In this document: one piece after another, positions 42,404 through 55,320 of the stretch
How the letters are laid out: every line of letters begins with the position of its first letter
Position numbering within the stretch: the stretch's first letter is position 1
From: Octopus sinensis
Taxonomy: Eukaryota
Assembly (NCBI RefSeq): GCF_006345805.1
Contig: NC_043000.1
Location: 144,460,001 to 144,524,000 of the forward strand
DNA length: 64,000 nt
Reading direction: 5' to 3'
Made by a program: the position numbers and the translations under genes
Notes under the pieces: model-generated
Seen by the model: only the letters and a program-made list of their open reading frames with translations
What the model was told of the DNA's origin: nothing
Databases searched by the model: none

Positions 42404-43449
42404 GATATATGTGTATGTATGCACATGTATATGCGTGTACATATCTGTGTATGTATGTTTGTTCGTGTGTGTGTGTGTAAACAAAGGAATCACGCAAGCC
42501 ATCCTGCAATGTTATCTACCACAGTTGCTGCCCTTTCAGGGTGAAAAAAAACACATCATAATTATCAAGTCTTATGTGTTCAGTACCTCCTAGACTTCTG
42601 AGAGGACCAGTAGCAATAAAAAACCCATAACAGTAGGAAAGCTATGCTCATCGTACCTCCTCCTCTCCCCACACGTCTAGATAGAAAAAAATAAACAAAA
42701 AACCTGATAAGCAAATTCTTTCACAATCCTCAATCGGCATACCAATTATCATTACAACGGCCTCATGCATCAATGAAGGAAAGAAAGAAAATGTTACACA
42801 CTTCAAAGAAACACAACAGAAGCAGTTCCATGAAGCAGCAGAATCAATGTTCTCAGATTTGAAAACACCACAGTCAAGCAATATGCACATTGCTGTACAT
42901 ACAATCTGCAATATAATTACAGGGATATGCAAAAAATACATTGCACCTTAATTCTCTGTAGATGTGTCAGAAGGAAATATTTTATCAGGATATTAATGTG
43001 TCAGTAGTGTCCAAACACTTCAAACATACGCTGTGGATCTATTGATCGATCGCAACCGTGAACACTAAATAACGTAGAGGATCGGCATGTGAACCAAAAC
43101 GAGAAGAAAATAAATAAATTGAGGTCGATGAACTACGAAAATATATATAAGAGAAGGAACTACAGACTGTTGCGCGAGTGAAAAACAGAAGTCATTCACC
43201 TACATTCGGTATTTTCTGTTTTATTATAGACGGACTATGCAATTGATATTACAGATTATTCAATAAGTACTGATTATAGTATGTTTGTTTGGTGAAAAGT
43301 GTAAGAGCACAACATTCAGCAATACACAGGCTCTGAGTGGAAACGAGATTAAATATAATTTAAAACGCATTTATGAGAAGATTTTGTTAACATCATATGA
43401 GTATTGACACCTTCATAGAATATCTATTGAAAATATACTTAAATAAGAG

Positions 43450-43755
43450 AATTCACGTGATCACGTGACCGACCAGACCATCAGATGTTGTTACACATCG
43501 CTGGTCACAATGCGTTCGCATTGTTTTAGCCTTTGAATGACGCCACCCCGCTGGCTAAGCGAGCAGGCCAACAGAAGAAAGAGTGGGAGAAAGAGTGGTG
43601 AAAGAGTACAGCAGGGATCACCACCCCTGCCGGAGCGTCGTGGAGGTTTTAGGTGTTTTCGCTCAATAAACACTCACAACGCCCGTTCTGGGAATCGAAA
43701 CCGTGATCCTACGACCGCGAGTCCGCTGCCCTAACCACTGGGCCATTGCGCCTCC
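43450..43755 (-). mobile_element. tRNA-derived SINE family C, tail type 1
   Basis: Minus head GGAGGCGCAATGGCCCAGTGGTTAGGGCAGCGGACTCGCGG...GGTTTCGATTCCCAG with A and B boxes. Confidence 0.88.
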
Positions 43756-44388
43756 CTAAATAAGAGACATACATATACTTATCGAACATAGCGTTCCTGC
43801 TATATAATGAATATCAAATCACCTATGTTGTAACAAATGTTCTCATAGTAATTTTGAAGCGCTCAGCGCAATTAATAATTCGGTAGCGACTGTTTGACTC
43901 ATCAAAAATTCGTACACTTTTGCGAATGAAGAACATATAAAAGTTTAATTTTTTTTTTCATTAGATCCTAGAACATATCCATTCGGGCATTAGATAATTA
44001 CCAATGTCCATATTATGCGATTGAGTAAATGCTGCTTGAATTTCGTGTCACGTATTCAATATTTTCGAAAGTAATGACCTTTTATAGTTTAAAATAATCT
44101 TAAAGTTAAACTGAATATGTGTTGTTGAAATTAAAATTTACGATTAATGCAGTTGAATAAACAGAACGCTGAATAATCGGAAAATGTCGCTAATTTCTGT
44201 AACCTATTCGTACTTAAGCGTGATGAGTTTCGTCGGAAACATTTCAAATGCCGGAAATGGTGACTAACATTTAAACATGTAGCTCTAAACTTATTATCAG
44301 AAATAAATTTTTAAAGTAATTTTAATGACGGAATACAGTATTGATTGGAGGTTACCACATGTTACAGAGAGAGTCAAGAAGAAGGGTG

Positions 44389-44389
<1 letters not shown>

Positions 44390-44486
<97 letters not shown>

Positions 44487-44504
44487 CATATATTATATAT
44501 ATAC

Positions 44505-44551
<47 letters not shown>

Positions 44552-44638
44552 CATGATTATTATATATATATACATATATATTATATATATATATATATAC
44601 GTATATATTATATATATACATAATATTATATATATATA

Positions 44639-44710
<72 letters not shown>
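44390..44710. repeat. Long imperfect (TA)n microsatellite, about 320 bp (largest of many)
   Basis: Direct reading. Confidence 0.95.
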
Positions 44711-45039
44711 GTAGGCATGCTATTATTTAGTTTTATTTCAAGATTTCTTGTCAATAGAGAAATTGCTTGTTTCTAACTTATATCCAAGGATCCTTCATTG
44801 AATTTAAACAACATCAGCAGGGTAATTTTGTAAGCATGTATGTCACTTCTATCTTTAATTATTATATTCTTTCCACAGACCAGTGAGCCGGTTTCCTACA
44901 ACGATTTAGTTAACACAGACAAGTTCACGTTTGCAATTTGAGAAAATTCTTGCATATTTTTACTTCTCCACTGACATATGTGAATTGTAATGTACGAATG
45001 AGCCGGTCGATTTCTCATTCTAAAAATCCAAGTTTATTC

Positions 45040-46205
45040 AAATTCTCTTTTAACCATTTACTAACAAAAAAGTGCTCCAATTATTATTGGGTGAATACGA
45101 ATTTATAGTCTGGTTATAGAAGCTGGACTTTCGAAGCAGTTGCCCATATATATACTCTTTTTCTTTGATTTTCAAAGAGATAATTTTATCTGTAGGGCAG
45201 CTAACCTCTGTGGTGGTACATACCTTTGCTTCTTTTATCCCAAACAATAATATCCGACATGTTATGCTTACATTTGACAGACGTTTTGATGGGAATATTC
45301 CACCAGTATACCTTGAGTTGTGTTTTAAGAATATATTCCATAACAGAAGGATTTTCTAAATTTGTTTCAGGTCCGTCTTTTTTGGAGATGGCATTGTAAA
45401 TTGTTTTAGCAACAACATCGTGCCACATTGGAAAGAAGTACCATGACGACATTTTAGGACAGCTGCTAATCACTTGCGTAATGTTTTCCACAGAAACATG
45501 ACATAAACTATACATGCGGTGGCACCTTGGGATTACAAGAGCATCACTGTCTCTCTTGTTCACCTGTTACTTTCGACCAATCTCCTGTTCCTCGATTGCA
45601 AACGCATAGACTTCAAAGTGTGTGATGTGATGGTCTTGTGTCCAAGGGAGGCTGCGCTTCATGTCAATTCTACTGTCTCCTTCAAGATCCCGGGCAACAT
45701 ATCCATGCACGGCCTTTTATGTGCAGTGTGTTTTCCATCCTGATTTTGTCTAAGGTAAGAGAGCCCATCTGTTTTGTGGTTATATAGCAGATCTTTAGGA
45801 AGGGATTGGTTCTTGAGGAGCTCTCTGCAAACTCGTACAATGTTGGTCACTTCACTTTTGAAGACTGCATTAATATATTTGTTTTTGCTTCTGTTGTTTA
45901 GCAGGAGCTGCCTGAGTGATACCATGAGGCATTCGAAGGACGTCTGCATTGATCTCAGGCCTATACCACCTTCATTTCTCCTTAGGTAGAACTTGTCAAC
46001 ATGACTGTTTCTGTGGAAGTTCCCAGCTGTTGTCAGCATTTTGCAGGTTTTGATATCTATGGAATGGATTTCCTCTACGGACCAATCAAGTATCCTAAAT
46101 GTTGGGATCAGCACTGTTACTGCAAAATGCTTTGTGGGATATCGTTGCAAAAAGAGATTTCCGACTGCCATATTTTCCCAAGTCTGGTGTAATATTCCCG
46201 TGTCA
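45040..46205 (-). mobile_element. R4/Dong-type LINE 3' fragment (RT thumb, CCHC, restriction-like endonuclease), degenerate
   Basis: FAVTVLIPTFRILDWSVEEI...VDKFYLRRNEGGIGL; CHVSVENITQVISSCP...HDVVAKTIYN...WWNIPIKT..KHNMSDIIVWD. Confidence 0.85.
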
Positions 46206-46209
46206 TTCA

Positions 46210-47890
46210 ATCATTATTTACAGTGTATGTATGTATATAGGCAGCTTTGTATGTTTTATGGTATGTATGTTTTCTCATGCATATAGTTGAATGTATAGAC
46301 ATGCTCATGCATAACTGAAAAACTTCTGGAAAGTTTCACAAATTTTTACAGTTCCGGTGACGGCTTGGATCTGTAGTCTTCGAATCAGTTTATCTTTTTT
46401 GGTTTGGACAATCCTAATTTCTCTAGATTCGTACTTAGGCAGTCTGCTACATATCCCAGTGCCCCAATAATTACAGGTATAAATCTGAATTTGTAATCTG
46501 GATACAGTAGCTAAAGATTTCTCAATACTTCAGCGTGGGTATTTTCTTTGTCACTGATCGTTAGGTTTATATTAACATACTCCGGGCAGCTGATTTCCAC
46601 AGCTGTACACATTACCTCTCCTGCATCTCAAATCACTATGCCAGGTACATTATGTTTACATTTTATTGAGGTTTCACTGGGACATTCCAACAATGCTTCT
46701 TTATTATGAGTGGCAATAGCTTCTACCATACTGTGGGTTCTTATTCCTTTAGCCTCGCAGTTTTCCTTCCGATAGATCTCATTTTACGGTGTCTTAGTCA
46801 TATCATGTCCCATTGGTAGTTAATAACGTGATGACATTTTCGGACAATTACTTTATATGTGGCTGGTATATCCGGAGTTAACTTCACAAAGCCTACATTA
46901 GATACCACATTTTGCTAACTTTCTTGTGTCGCTGTTTTATTTATTTTTTTCTTTGTCCGTGAAGTATTCGGTTGTTATTTCCTGTTCCTGGTTTGCAAAC
47001 GCATGCCTTTCCATGTGTTAGTTACCAAGTTGTTGGTCCATGAAGGATTGCTTTGATGATCAATGTTATTATCATCTCTCAGCTTTCTACTAATATATAC
47101 ATGCTTGGTCTTCTGGAGATAAACGCTCATCTATTCATGTGATTATACATTGCACTTTTAAAATAGTGCGAGTTCTTTGGAAATGTATTTAACTTTAGCA
47201 AGCAAGGGATGTTGATCAAGGAGCTGGTTTCCAAGTCTTATGATGCTATCAGCTTCATCTATGCAAACATGGTCAAGGGATGCACTTCGACACTTGGTGG
47301 TTAAAAAATTGTCGGAAGGGATATGATACAACATTCAAAGGCGGTCTGGATCGATGTCAAGCTTTTGCTCCCTTGTTTTTGTTTCAGAGAGAGATGGTAT
47401 ACATCACTGTTGATGGGGAAATTATGTGTGCTCTTTAGTATTTTCAGGGCTTTTCCACCAACGGCTCGGATCTCATCAAGCAACCAATCAAGCAGCCCAA
47501 ATGTTGATATGAGTACTGGCACTGCAAGCACATTGTGGGCCACTGTTTTATTGAATGCAAAGTGTTCCGAGATCGATATTGTCTTTATTCGGCGGTAATA
47601 TACTTTCGTGGCATGTGTTTTGCTACAAGTGACATCGTAACATAAACACTTGTAACATTCTTCATCAGATATAGAGGAAACCGTTATGTCATTGAAAGAG
47701 ATGTTCCTTTTCACAACCATATAGCTAAATTCATTCTGACCAAACTCCAGCAATATATCCTTTGAGAAAGTTGTAACTAAGTCAAGGCTCTTCTTCGCTT
47801 CATTCATGACACAAAATTTCAAGTCATCCACAAAGAAACAGTATGCATGGATATCTTCTAAACATTTGACAAACCTTGCCATATTTTTCG
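46210..47890 (-). mobile_element. Second R4/Dong-type LINE fragment, internally deleted
   Basis: FFVDDLK...FSKDILLEFG...HNVLAVPVLISTFGLLDW; endonuclease end VEISCP...RFIPVIIGALG at about 46400-46650. Confidence 0.85.
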
Positions 47891-48252
47891 CTGATACATC
47901 GTCATATAAGAACTCATATTACCCAGTCGTTACAAATGATCAACTCGTAAACTTAATTCTGTGAACTGTTTTAATTTGTTGGAGTTGTATACAATAAATG
48001 GAAAGGATAAAAATAAGAGATAGAAAAAGTGTGAGGGAGTTCAATTTCTGGAAAACTGATGTTTCGTAAGCATATCTATATACTAAAAAGTGGTGTCAGT
48101 TTATGAATAGAGTGTAGCAACATTGAGGATTAACTGTGCTGAAATTGTCGCCACTTATACGGAAATGCTTTCATTTTGTTTTTCAAACAAAATAAAAATT
48201 TGTCATCTCCACTTTATCATTTTGTAGAGAATCCCAATATAACCATAAGCAG

Positions 48253-48300
<48 letters not shown>

Positions 48301-48968
48301 GCACGTGTGTGTGTCTGAGTCTGTATACATTTTGATATTTACATGTGTGTGCATGTGTGATCATGTACGTAATAAACGCGCGTGATCATGTAGGTAATAA
48401 TATTCTTATCTGTGAATAAAATCATGCTGATGTGAAAGTCTGTTTTATCATAACATGTTCTTGCTATATTATGTCAGTAGGACTCAGAGCTTAGAAATTC
48501 GTACTATACGAATTCTGATAGAACTGTAAAATCACAGGGGATTTGTATGTAATTTACATCATAAGAATAGAAAATAAATATACAGGACTGTTGGAGATAA
48601 GGTAACTCTCCGGGGGAAACGTATTTCGACTCATCAGCGATGCAATGAAACGAAAATGGTACAGAACGAAATGATAACGAAACAAATTAACGAAATCAAG
48701 AGAAAAGATAAAACAAGTAATAAAAGTGAAATTGTTAGATAATATTTTTAATTTAGGAAAACTATAAGAAAACCTAAGGCGACATACTTCACATCATTAA
48801 GATTCGTATGGAGGTTTCTTTAGCAGCTTGACATAAATTGGAATGATACTAAACAAAACAAGAATGAAAAAAAAATTAGTAAAGATTACAAAGTATCTCA
48901 AAGAATGACTAATGAAGATAGCATTACCCATGCATGTTCACATCTGCATATATATAAGTATACATATA

Positions 48969-49021
<53 letters not shown>

Positions 49022-49559
49022 CATCATGCACGCACACACATATGCATATGCGTGCGCGTGTGTGTGTATGTGCACTGATGTGTATGCGTGAGGATGTAAG
49101 TGCATGTGAGTACCTGTAACACAACTGTATATAATTTATATTGCCAACAATATTTCATACCGAGTAACGTTCTACCGGCTACGCTGAATGAATTGTAAAA
49201 TGATTCTCCTACAAATAATTGCTTTTGAAAATGATCAACATGTATTGAAACCTAATACACAAAATGAATACAATACTGAATATGCATCCTTGTGCATTGC
49301 AACCCATGAAGTACATGGGATCTTACATTGGATGAGTAAGAACAGAAGAGTTGGTAAAATAATGTACTAACGTTCATTCTCATTATCATCAGAATAATTC
49401 CCTGAGAATGACATTAACATAGAAATATATCCACATAGGACAGAAACAACAATCTGTTGCTTCGATGTAAAAGAAAAGCATATTACATGAGCCAATGATG
49501 AGAGGAATTCCAACTCGCCGGCGCACCCAGATGCTTTGAAGATTTTCTTTCAATCAGAT

Positions 49560-50830
49560 GTAAGAAACCTTTCGCAAAACCACAGCAAATACTTTTCTAT
49601 ATTTTGCTTTCAAGTTGCAATTTCTGAAAAAGATAAAAGTGGGTATCACGTACCCTTCCCGTAAAGACGGGAGAAGAACACTTACCTCTGTGACCTCACA
49701 TGTCAGCGAAACCACGGAATGCATTGTCAGAAGGGAATTGATTAGATTGCTATCAGAAAATGGCGAGCTCATTGACATGCAGCATGGCTTCACTCTGAAA
49801 GAAAACGCTTCACATATCCACGGCAACATATTAACAGGGTATTGAAACATAAGCTCGGCCGTTCAAATGTGGATGTGATATATCTCCACTTTGCCAAGGC
49901 CTTCGAGAAAGTCCACTACTTTATGATATATCACAAACTGTTTGACTTTAGTATAGTTAGTAAACTGGGAGGGGTGGGAGAATATTTGCATGACAAGATG
50001 GGAATGAGGCTGTCGTATCCAGCGATATTATCTCCGAGGAGGCATGAATAATAAGTGGAGTCCTTCAATCAGGGAACTGTACTGGAACCACTACTTTTCA
50101 AAGTAGTTCAGTCAGAATTGCCTTCAGTGATAAAGCAGCATCTCACACTAACTATTCTGGTGATACCAATGTATCAAAGTATCACATTCAGTTAAGGATT
50201 CTATGGATATGGAGAAATGTAAGTACAAAAAGTGGGTTGAAGACGATAATACACTGTTCAATGCTGACAAGTTTCAAGAAATGATATATCGCCCGCAAAT
50301 GAACTGCTATCAATATGCAGGACCGGTGCTTATTGCAATACCAGAGGTGAAGTCGGTGCGTGATCTGCAAATCCATATGCGCACATTAATAACATGACAG
50401 CACTGTACAGGGGATTTCTGGGACTCTGAGATCATTCCGAGCACAAAAAGTGTATCCATATTACTGGTCCACCATACATCCTCTTTCTCTAGTGCCACTA
50501 GACAGAGGTAAATTGCCTGCCCTACCTGGCCAAAGTGGGGCGACCGGTCGTTCATCACTTTGGTCTTGGTCGATAGCCGGATCCATCCTACATGCAACAA
50601 TAGCTGTTCGACAAACTGCATAAGTCAGTAATGCACTGAGTCTGGACAAGTGCGTCCAGAGCGCCTTCATCACTGCGCGTATCTCTGTCAGGTCCTTCCG
50701 ACAGCACCTCTCTACCAGTATAATTTATCTCGAACGTGTAGTGCTCCCTATCTGGTAGCACTGCTAAGCGAGAGATTTCTGGATGTTATCCCAGACTGGT
50801 CCGTTCGAATTCATCGACGCCGAAAGCCTC
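49560..50830 (+). mobile_element. CR1/L2-group LINE reverse transcriptase, degenerate
   Basis: LTSVTSHV..ECIVR...MQHGF; NVDVIYLHFAKAFEKV; SGV.QGTVLEPLLF across frameshifts. Confidence 0.8.
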
Positions 50831-50839
50831 TCCGAGTGG

Positions 50840-51790
50840 GTCATCACACTTTCCCTCTGCTAACCCTCTATAATACTTGAGAGTGAATGTTCCACTGACT
50901 GCATTGGCCTCCTGGTAGAGGGCAGTGAGTCCCTGGCAACATTCCAGATGCTACTCACCCTGTGTGGGTCTCTTCTTGACCTAAGACTGCAGCTCTGTCA
51001 AGGAGACGAGCTGGAGCAAAGCGTGGAGCAAACGGTGACCACACCTATTCACTGTTTAAGCAGAATAACTGGAGATCCCGCAGACTTAGCGCTTGTCTAC
51101 GCATAATTGGCCATGACATGCGCAGTCCTCCGCGTTGAAGGTGCTGGCAGAAAATGGACTACCTCATCAATGGAACCTGTCTCCTTCACAATAATTTGAA
51201 AAGGAGGCGCTCCAACTTGACAGGGTGCGAACAATGCAAGGCGGGACGGTCAAGCTGTTGTAGATGACGGATGTGATGTACCCATTCGCCACCTCCGTCC
51301 GGCCTTTCAGTGACAGATACCACGCAGCCCATTTTGGGGGAAGACTGACTAACCTGCTCGTCACCTCACCAGTTTCTATCCACCTGCAGATCTGGTCCTA
51401 ACTAAAACACCATGCAACATTACCGGCCCGTCCTTCCAGAGCCAAACGACGCTTTTGGACGGCATAGACTTGCCTCTCCAGGTGAATAGCGATTTTTCCC
51501 AGTTAAGTTTCGCTCCCATCAAATTTTCTCTTCATCCAATGATATCCGAGATGTCCGACACCATCGCAGTGATGTTTGCATAAGCCGACAGAGTCCTACC
51601 GCGTACCCTTTCGTGTGAAATGCATTGCAACAGCCCCAGCTTCCACAGTAAAGGCTCAATTGTTAATATGTACAAAAGGGAGGAGAGAGGGCACACTTGT
51701 CGGATCGCTCGGGAGATCTGAAACGATTCTGAGAGGTAGCCATTAATTTTGACCACCGAGATGCCTCTGTGCATTGCAGCGACAACGGCA
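50840..51790 (-). mobile_element. L1/Tx1-type ORF2 (RT and downstream) fragment
   Basis: VKINGYLSESFQISRAIRQVCPLSSLLYILTIEPLL...LSAYA matches the RQGCPLSPLL/AYADD motifs. Confidence 0.8.
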
Positions 51791-51799
51791 TGCCGGATT

Positions 51800-53120
51800 A
51801 CGGTAGAAGTTATCTTCGTTTCACAGCGCTCACATCGAAAAATACTTTAGGAATTAGAACCCAAGTTCGAAATTTCCCCAAGGAATTTATTTCTATTAAT
51901 CTACAAGTATTTGTGTTCTCACTCTTTAATAATTATATATGGTCGATTAGCTTGGATCGTTCTGTCAGTGTTGACTAGGAAATCCCTGGGTGACATTGTT
52001 ACCTTCAACGACTGGCTCAATATTTACTGATTTCGTAGTGTTTACATACTTTCCAATGTAAATACTGTCCTACGCTATGGTGGCAATATTTATATGCGTT
52101 TGGTGACAGCACAGAATAACCCGAGTCGAGATGGTCCATTATTCCGTCAAGGGTGTTGCAGAATGTGCATTCAGGGTTAGACCAATTTTGAAGAACGTTA
52201 GTCTGTTAGATGTTTTGTGAGCTTGGGTATCGTGCCAGTATGAAGCCTCCAGTTTCTGCTTTAAATCCCGAACTTCTGAGCTACAGAAAGGGGTTGTTGC
52301 TTGATCTACATCAGCATTTCGACTTCGAAGAATATATTATTCATGCAGAGGCTTCTGGGTCCATCGCTGCTCAATTTGTTTCTAACCGTTCTTTTCTGCA
52401 GTCTGCTTGATCCATTTCGCTATTTTTGGAAAGTTGTTTCAGGTTCTTTAACCATTTCAAGATTAATTCCAAGTTCCTTTCCGAATTTCCATCTTCCTTG
52501 ACAATGTGATTTTTTTACTGCTTTTGTGTCTGCATACAAGTCCTAGCGTCCAGTCCTCTGTATTAGATAAGTACCTGTTCATTGCTATTGTGGAGGTCTT
52601 ATAGCACTGTTTACCTGCTTCATTTCTCCCAAACCCTCACTTGTAAGTAGGTACAGGCGATCAACATCTTCTTTTGGGTGGTGCATGTTCTTAGGATTTC
52701 CCCTTTTTCTTGTCTTTCTGACGAGGCCTATGAGCCCTGTAAGAATCTAGTTAATGATGTTAAAACTATACTCCACTATTGGAAGTGCAAGAGTGTTAAT
52801 GGCTCCAATGCGAATTTTAGAATTGAGTTCAGTTTTTAGTATGAGACTTATTCTCCTGTGATATTCTTTTCTTATTTTTTCCTTCATAGTAGCATGTTGT
52901 ATACCACCTCCTTCATTTACCCACCAAGTATCTGTATTTTCTTGTGGGTGACGTTCCTTGATATTAGCGTCGGTATCTAATTTAATGGAAGTTTTTGTTT
53001 GAGCTAGCCTGTTACCAAAGTTGCTTTGGCACATTTATCAAGTCCACAGTCCATTCCGATGTCATTGCTGAAATGTTTAACAGTTGTTAACAGCCCTACT
53101 AAATCTTCGGCGTTATTATT
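51800..53120 (-). mobile_element. R4/Dong-type LINE fragment (RT C-terminus to decayed endonuclease)
   Basis: LLTTVKHFSNDIGMDCGLDKCAKAT; MKEKIRKEYHRRISLILKTELNSKIRIGAINTLALPIVEYSFNIIN; MHHPKEDVDRLYL; (AAT)n directly upstream. Confidence 0.85.
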
Positions 53121-53129
53121 ATTAATTAC

Positions 53130-53195
<66 letters not shown>

Positions 53196-53210
53196 TATTA
53201 TTATTATTAT

Positions 53211-53688
53211 TGAGTGAGAGAGTAGTGCATGCCATCAAAGTGACACTGGGGTAAAATATACGAAACCCAATATACCCATCATGACTACCCGTCTGATAAG
53301 GGTACACCAGGCACATGCATCACAACCATATGTGCGCGACATGGTGATCTCATATCAAGATAAACAGCACATGACGTTGCAGGTGGGGCCCAGTTATAAT
53401 TTTCTTCAGATTGAGTAGCCCATCCCGCTCAAAAGGTCCCTGAATAAGGGTTGTTTAAGGATGTTGAAAGAACCACCCATGTTTCCAGAGGTGAATTATT
53501 CAAACCCCAAATAATCCCTCTCAACACATGGCTATGATGCTCCCCCACTACTTCTGCTCGTGATCAGAGATGCACATATCGTCAGCCACTAAGGGACATG
53601 CTCAACTGGTTAAGGTCAAACAACTGACAAGCAAATCTGTGGTATTGAGCAGAATATTTGCTGTAGCCCATCTTTTATACCAAGACAA
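53211..53688 (+). mobile_element. 560 bp (ATT)n-associated element, right end cut by a SINE
   Basis: Same left boundary as 39339; stops at a SINE B head. Confidence 0.85.
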
Positions 53689-53787
53689 GTTGACTTCCGG
53701 TGAAATTTGATCTCAGAACCCAGTGACGGGTGAAATACGCTTAGCATTTCGTCCTACGTGGTAACGATTCTGCCAGCTCACCGCCTT
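53687..53787 (-). mobile_element. SINE family B head
   Basis: Minus AAGGCGGTGAGCTGGCAGAATCGTTA...TTCTGAGATCAAATT. Confidence 0.8.
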
Positions 53788-53803
53788 CATAATGATGATG
53801 ATG

Positions 53804-53861
<58 letters not shown>

Positions 53862-54009
53862 GGAGAAGAAGAAGAAGAAGAAGAAGATAATAATGATTTT
53901 CGGTATGCACCACCAGGGTGAAGAATGAGGGTATCAATACAAAGACCGACATAAAGTGTAGAGTTTACATATAATGACATTTTTTAAAAAAAGATACATA
54001 CGTAATTAT

Positions 54010-54390
54010 GGACGGAAGCACTCCGTCGGTTACGACGACGAGGGTTCCGGTTGATCCGATCAACGGAACAGCCTGCTCGTGAGATTAACGTGTAAGTGGC
54101 TGAGCACTCCAGAGACACGTGTACCCTTAACGTAGTTCTCGGGGATATTCAGCGTGACACAGAGAGTGACAAGGCCGGCCCCTTGAAATACAGGTACAAC
54201 AGATACAGGAAGTGTGAGAGAAAGTTGTGGTGAAAGAGTACAACAGGGATCACCACCACCCCCTGCCGGAGTCTCGTGGAACTTTAGGTGTTTTCGCTCA
54301 ATAAACACTCACAACGCCCGGTCTGGGAATCGAAACCGCGATCCTACGACCGCGAGTCCACTGCCCTAACCACTGGGCCATGCGCCTCCA
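54010..54390 (-). mobile_element. tRNA-derived SINE family C, tail type 2
   Basis: Head and body match 43590-43755, but the tail is unrelated to that of 43450-43590. Confidence 0.88.
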
Positions 54391-54659
54391 CAAACGTAAT
54401 TATACACGGTATACAATGAAGAGGAAGTGATATATACATAATATACAAATGTTAAAAAGTGCGGTTGAGAGTATGATAGAGATATAGAGATGTAGCGCAC
54501 CTGATAGAAGGCAACAAATGGAAGTACACACGGTATACCATGAGAAGGAAGAGATGTATATATGTGTGTATATATTGAACGAGTGCTGTAGAATGCTATC
54601 GTTACTCTGTGCGCACCTCAGACAAGTCCATCTGATAACAGATCCAAGCCTGTAGCGTT

Positions 54660-54855
54660 TATCTCGAGCCGGTAGCACCCACCTTGGAGGAATGGACCTC
54701 ATCGACGCTAGAGATTGACAGGTACTTAATTTATCGATTCTGAACAAGAGAAAAGGCAAAACCGATATTGGCTGAAATTTAGCCTCAGAATATAAAAACG
54801 GTGAAATGCCACTAAGCATTTTTCCAGTGTAACGCTTCTGCTAGCTCACCACCTT
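54660..54855 (-). mobile_element. SINE family B, diverged
   Basis: GGTACTTAATTTATCGA, AAAAGGCAAA, CTAAGCATTT, CTGCTAGCTCACCACCTT. Confidence 0.7.
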
Positions 54856-54859
54856 AATC

Positions 54860-54937
54860 ATAAGTAGTTGTAGTCACAGAAGGAGTACAAACAGTAGCAG
54901 CAGTAGTAGTAGTTGTAGTTGCAGCAGCATAATTCGC

Positions 54938-54980
<43 letters not shown>

Positions 54981-55320
54981 ATAGTTGCAGCAGCATAATT
55001 CGCAGTAGTAGTAGTAGTAGTAGTAATAGTTGGAGCATCATAATTCTCAGTAGTAGTAGTAGTAGTAGTAGTAGTAGTTGCAGCAGCATAATTCGCAGTA
55101 GTAGTAGCAGTAGTAGTAGTAGTAGTGGTAGTAATAGTAGTAGTAGTTGCAGCAGCAGTAGGAGGAGGTGGAAGGGGAAGAGGTGTAGGAGGGGATGGTG
55201 AAGGTAGAGGTGGTGAAGGAGGTGAAGGAGGTGAAGGAGGTGGTGGTATAGGTGGTGGAGGAAGAGCAGTAGGACTACGACCACGATGACGAAGGGGACG
55301 ACGAGGAGGAGCGGTACAAG
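54860..55320. repeat. Compound (TAG)n/(GGA/GGT)n repeat with higher-order unit GTTGCAGCAGCATAATTCGCA
   Basis: Unit recurs four times at about 54918, 54984, 55030 and 55078 between (TAG)n runs. Confidence 0.9.

Noticed and set aside
48610-48650. Minus-strand CUGAUGA-GUC-GAAA as a hammerhead
   Set aside because: No room for stem II and no stem I pairing.
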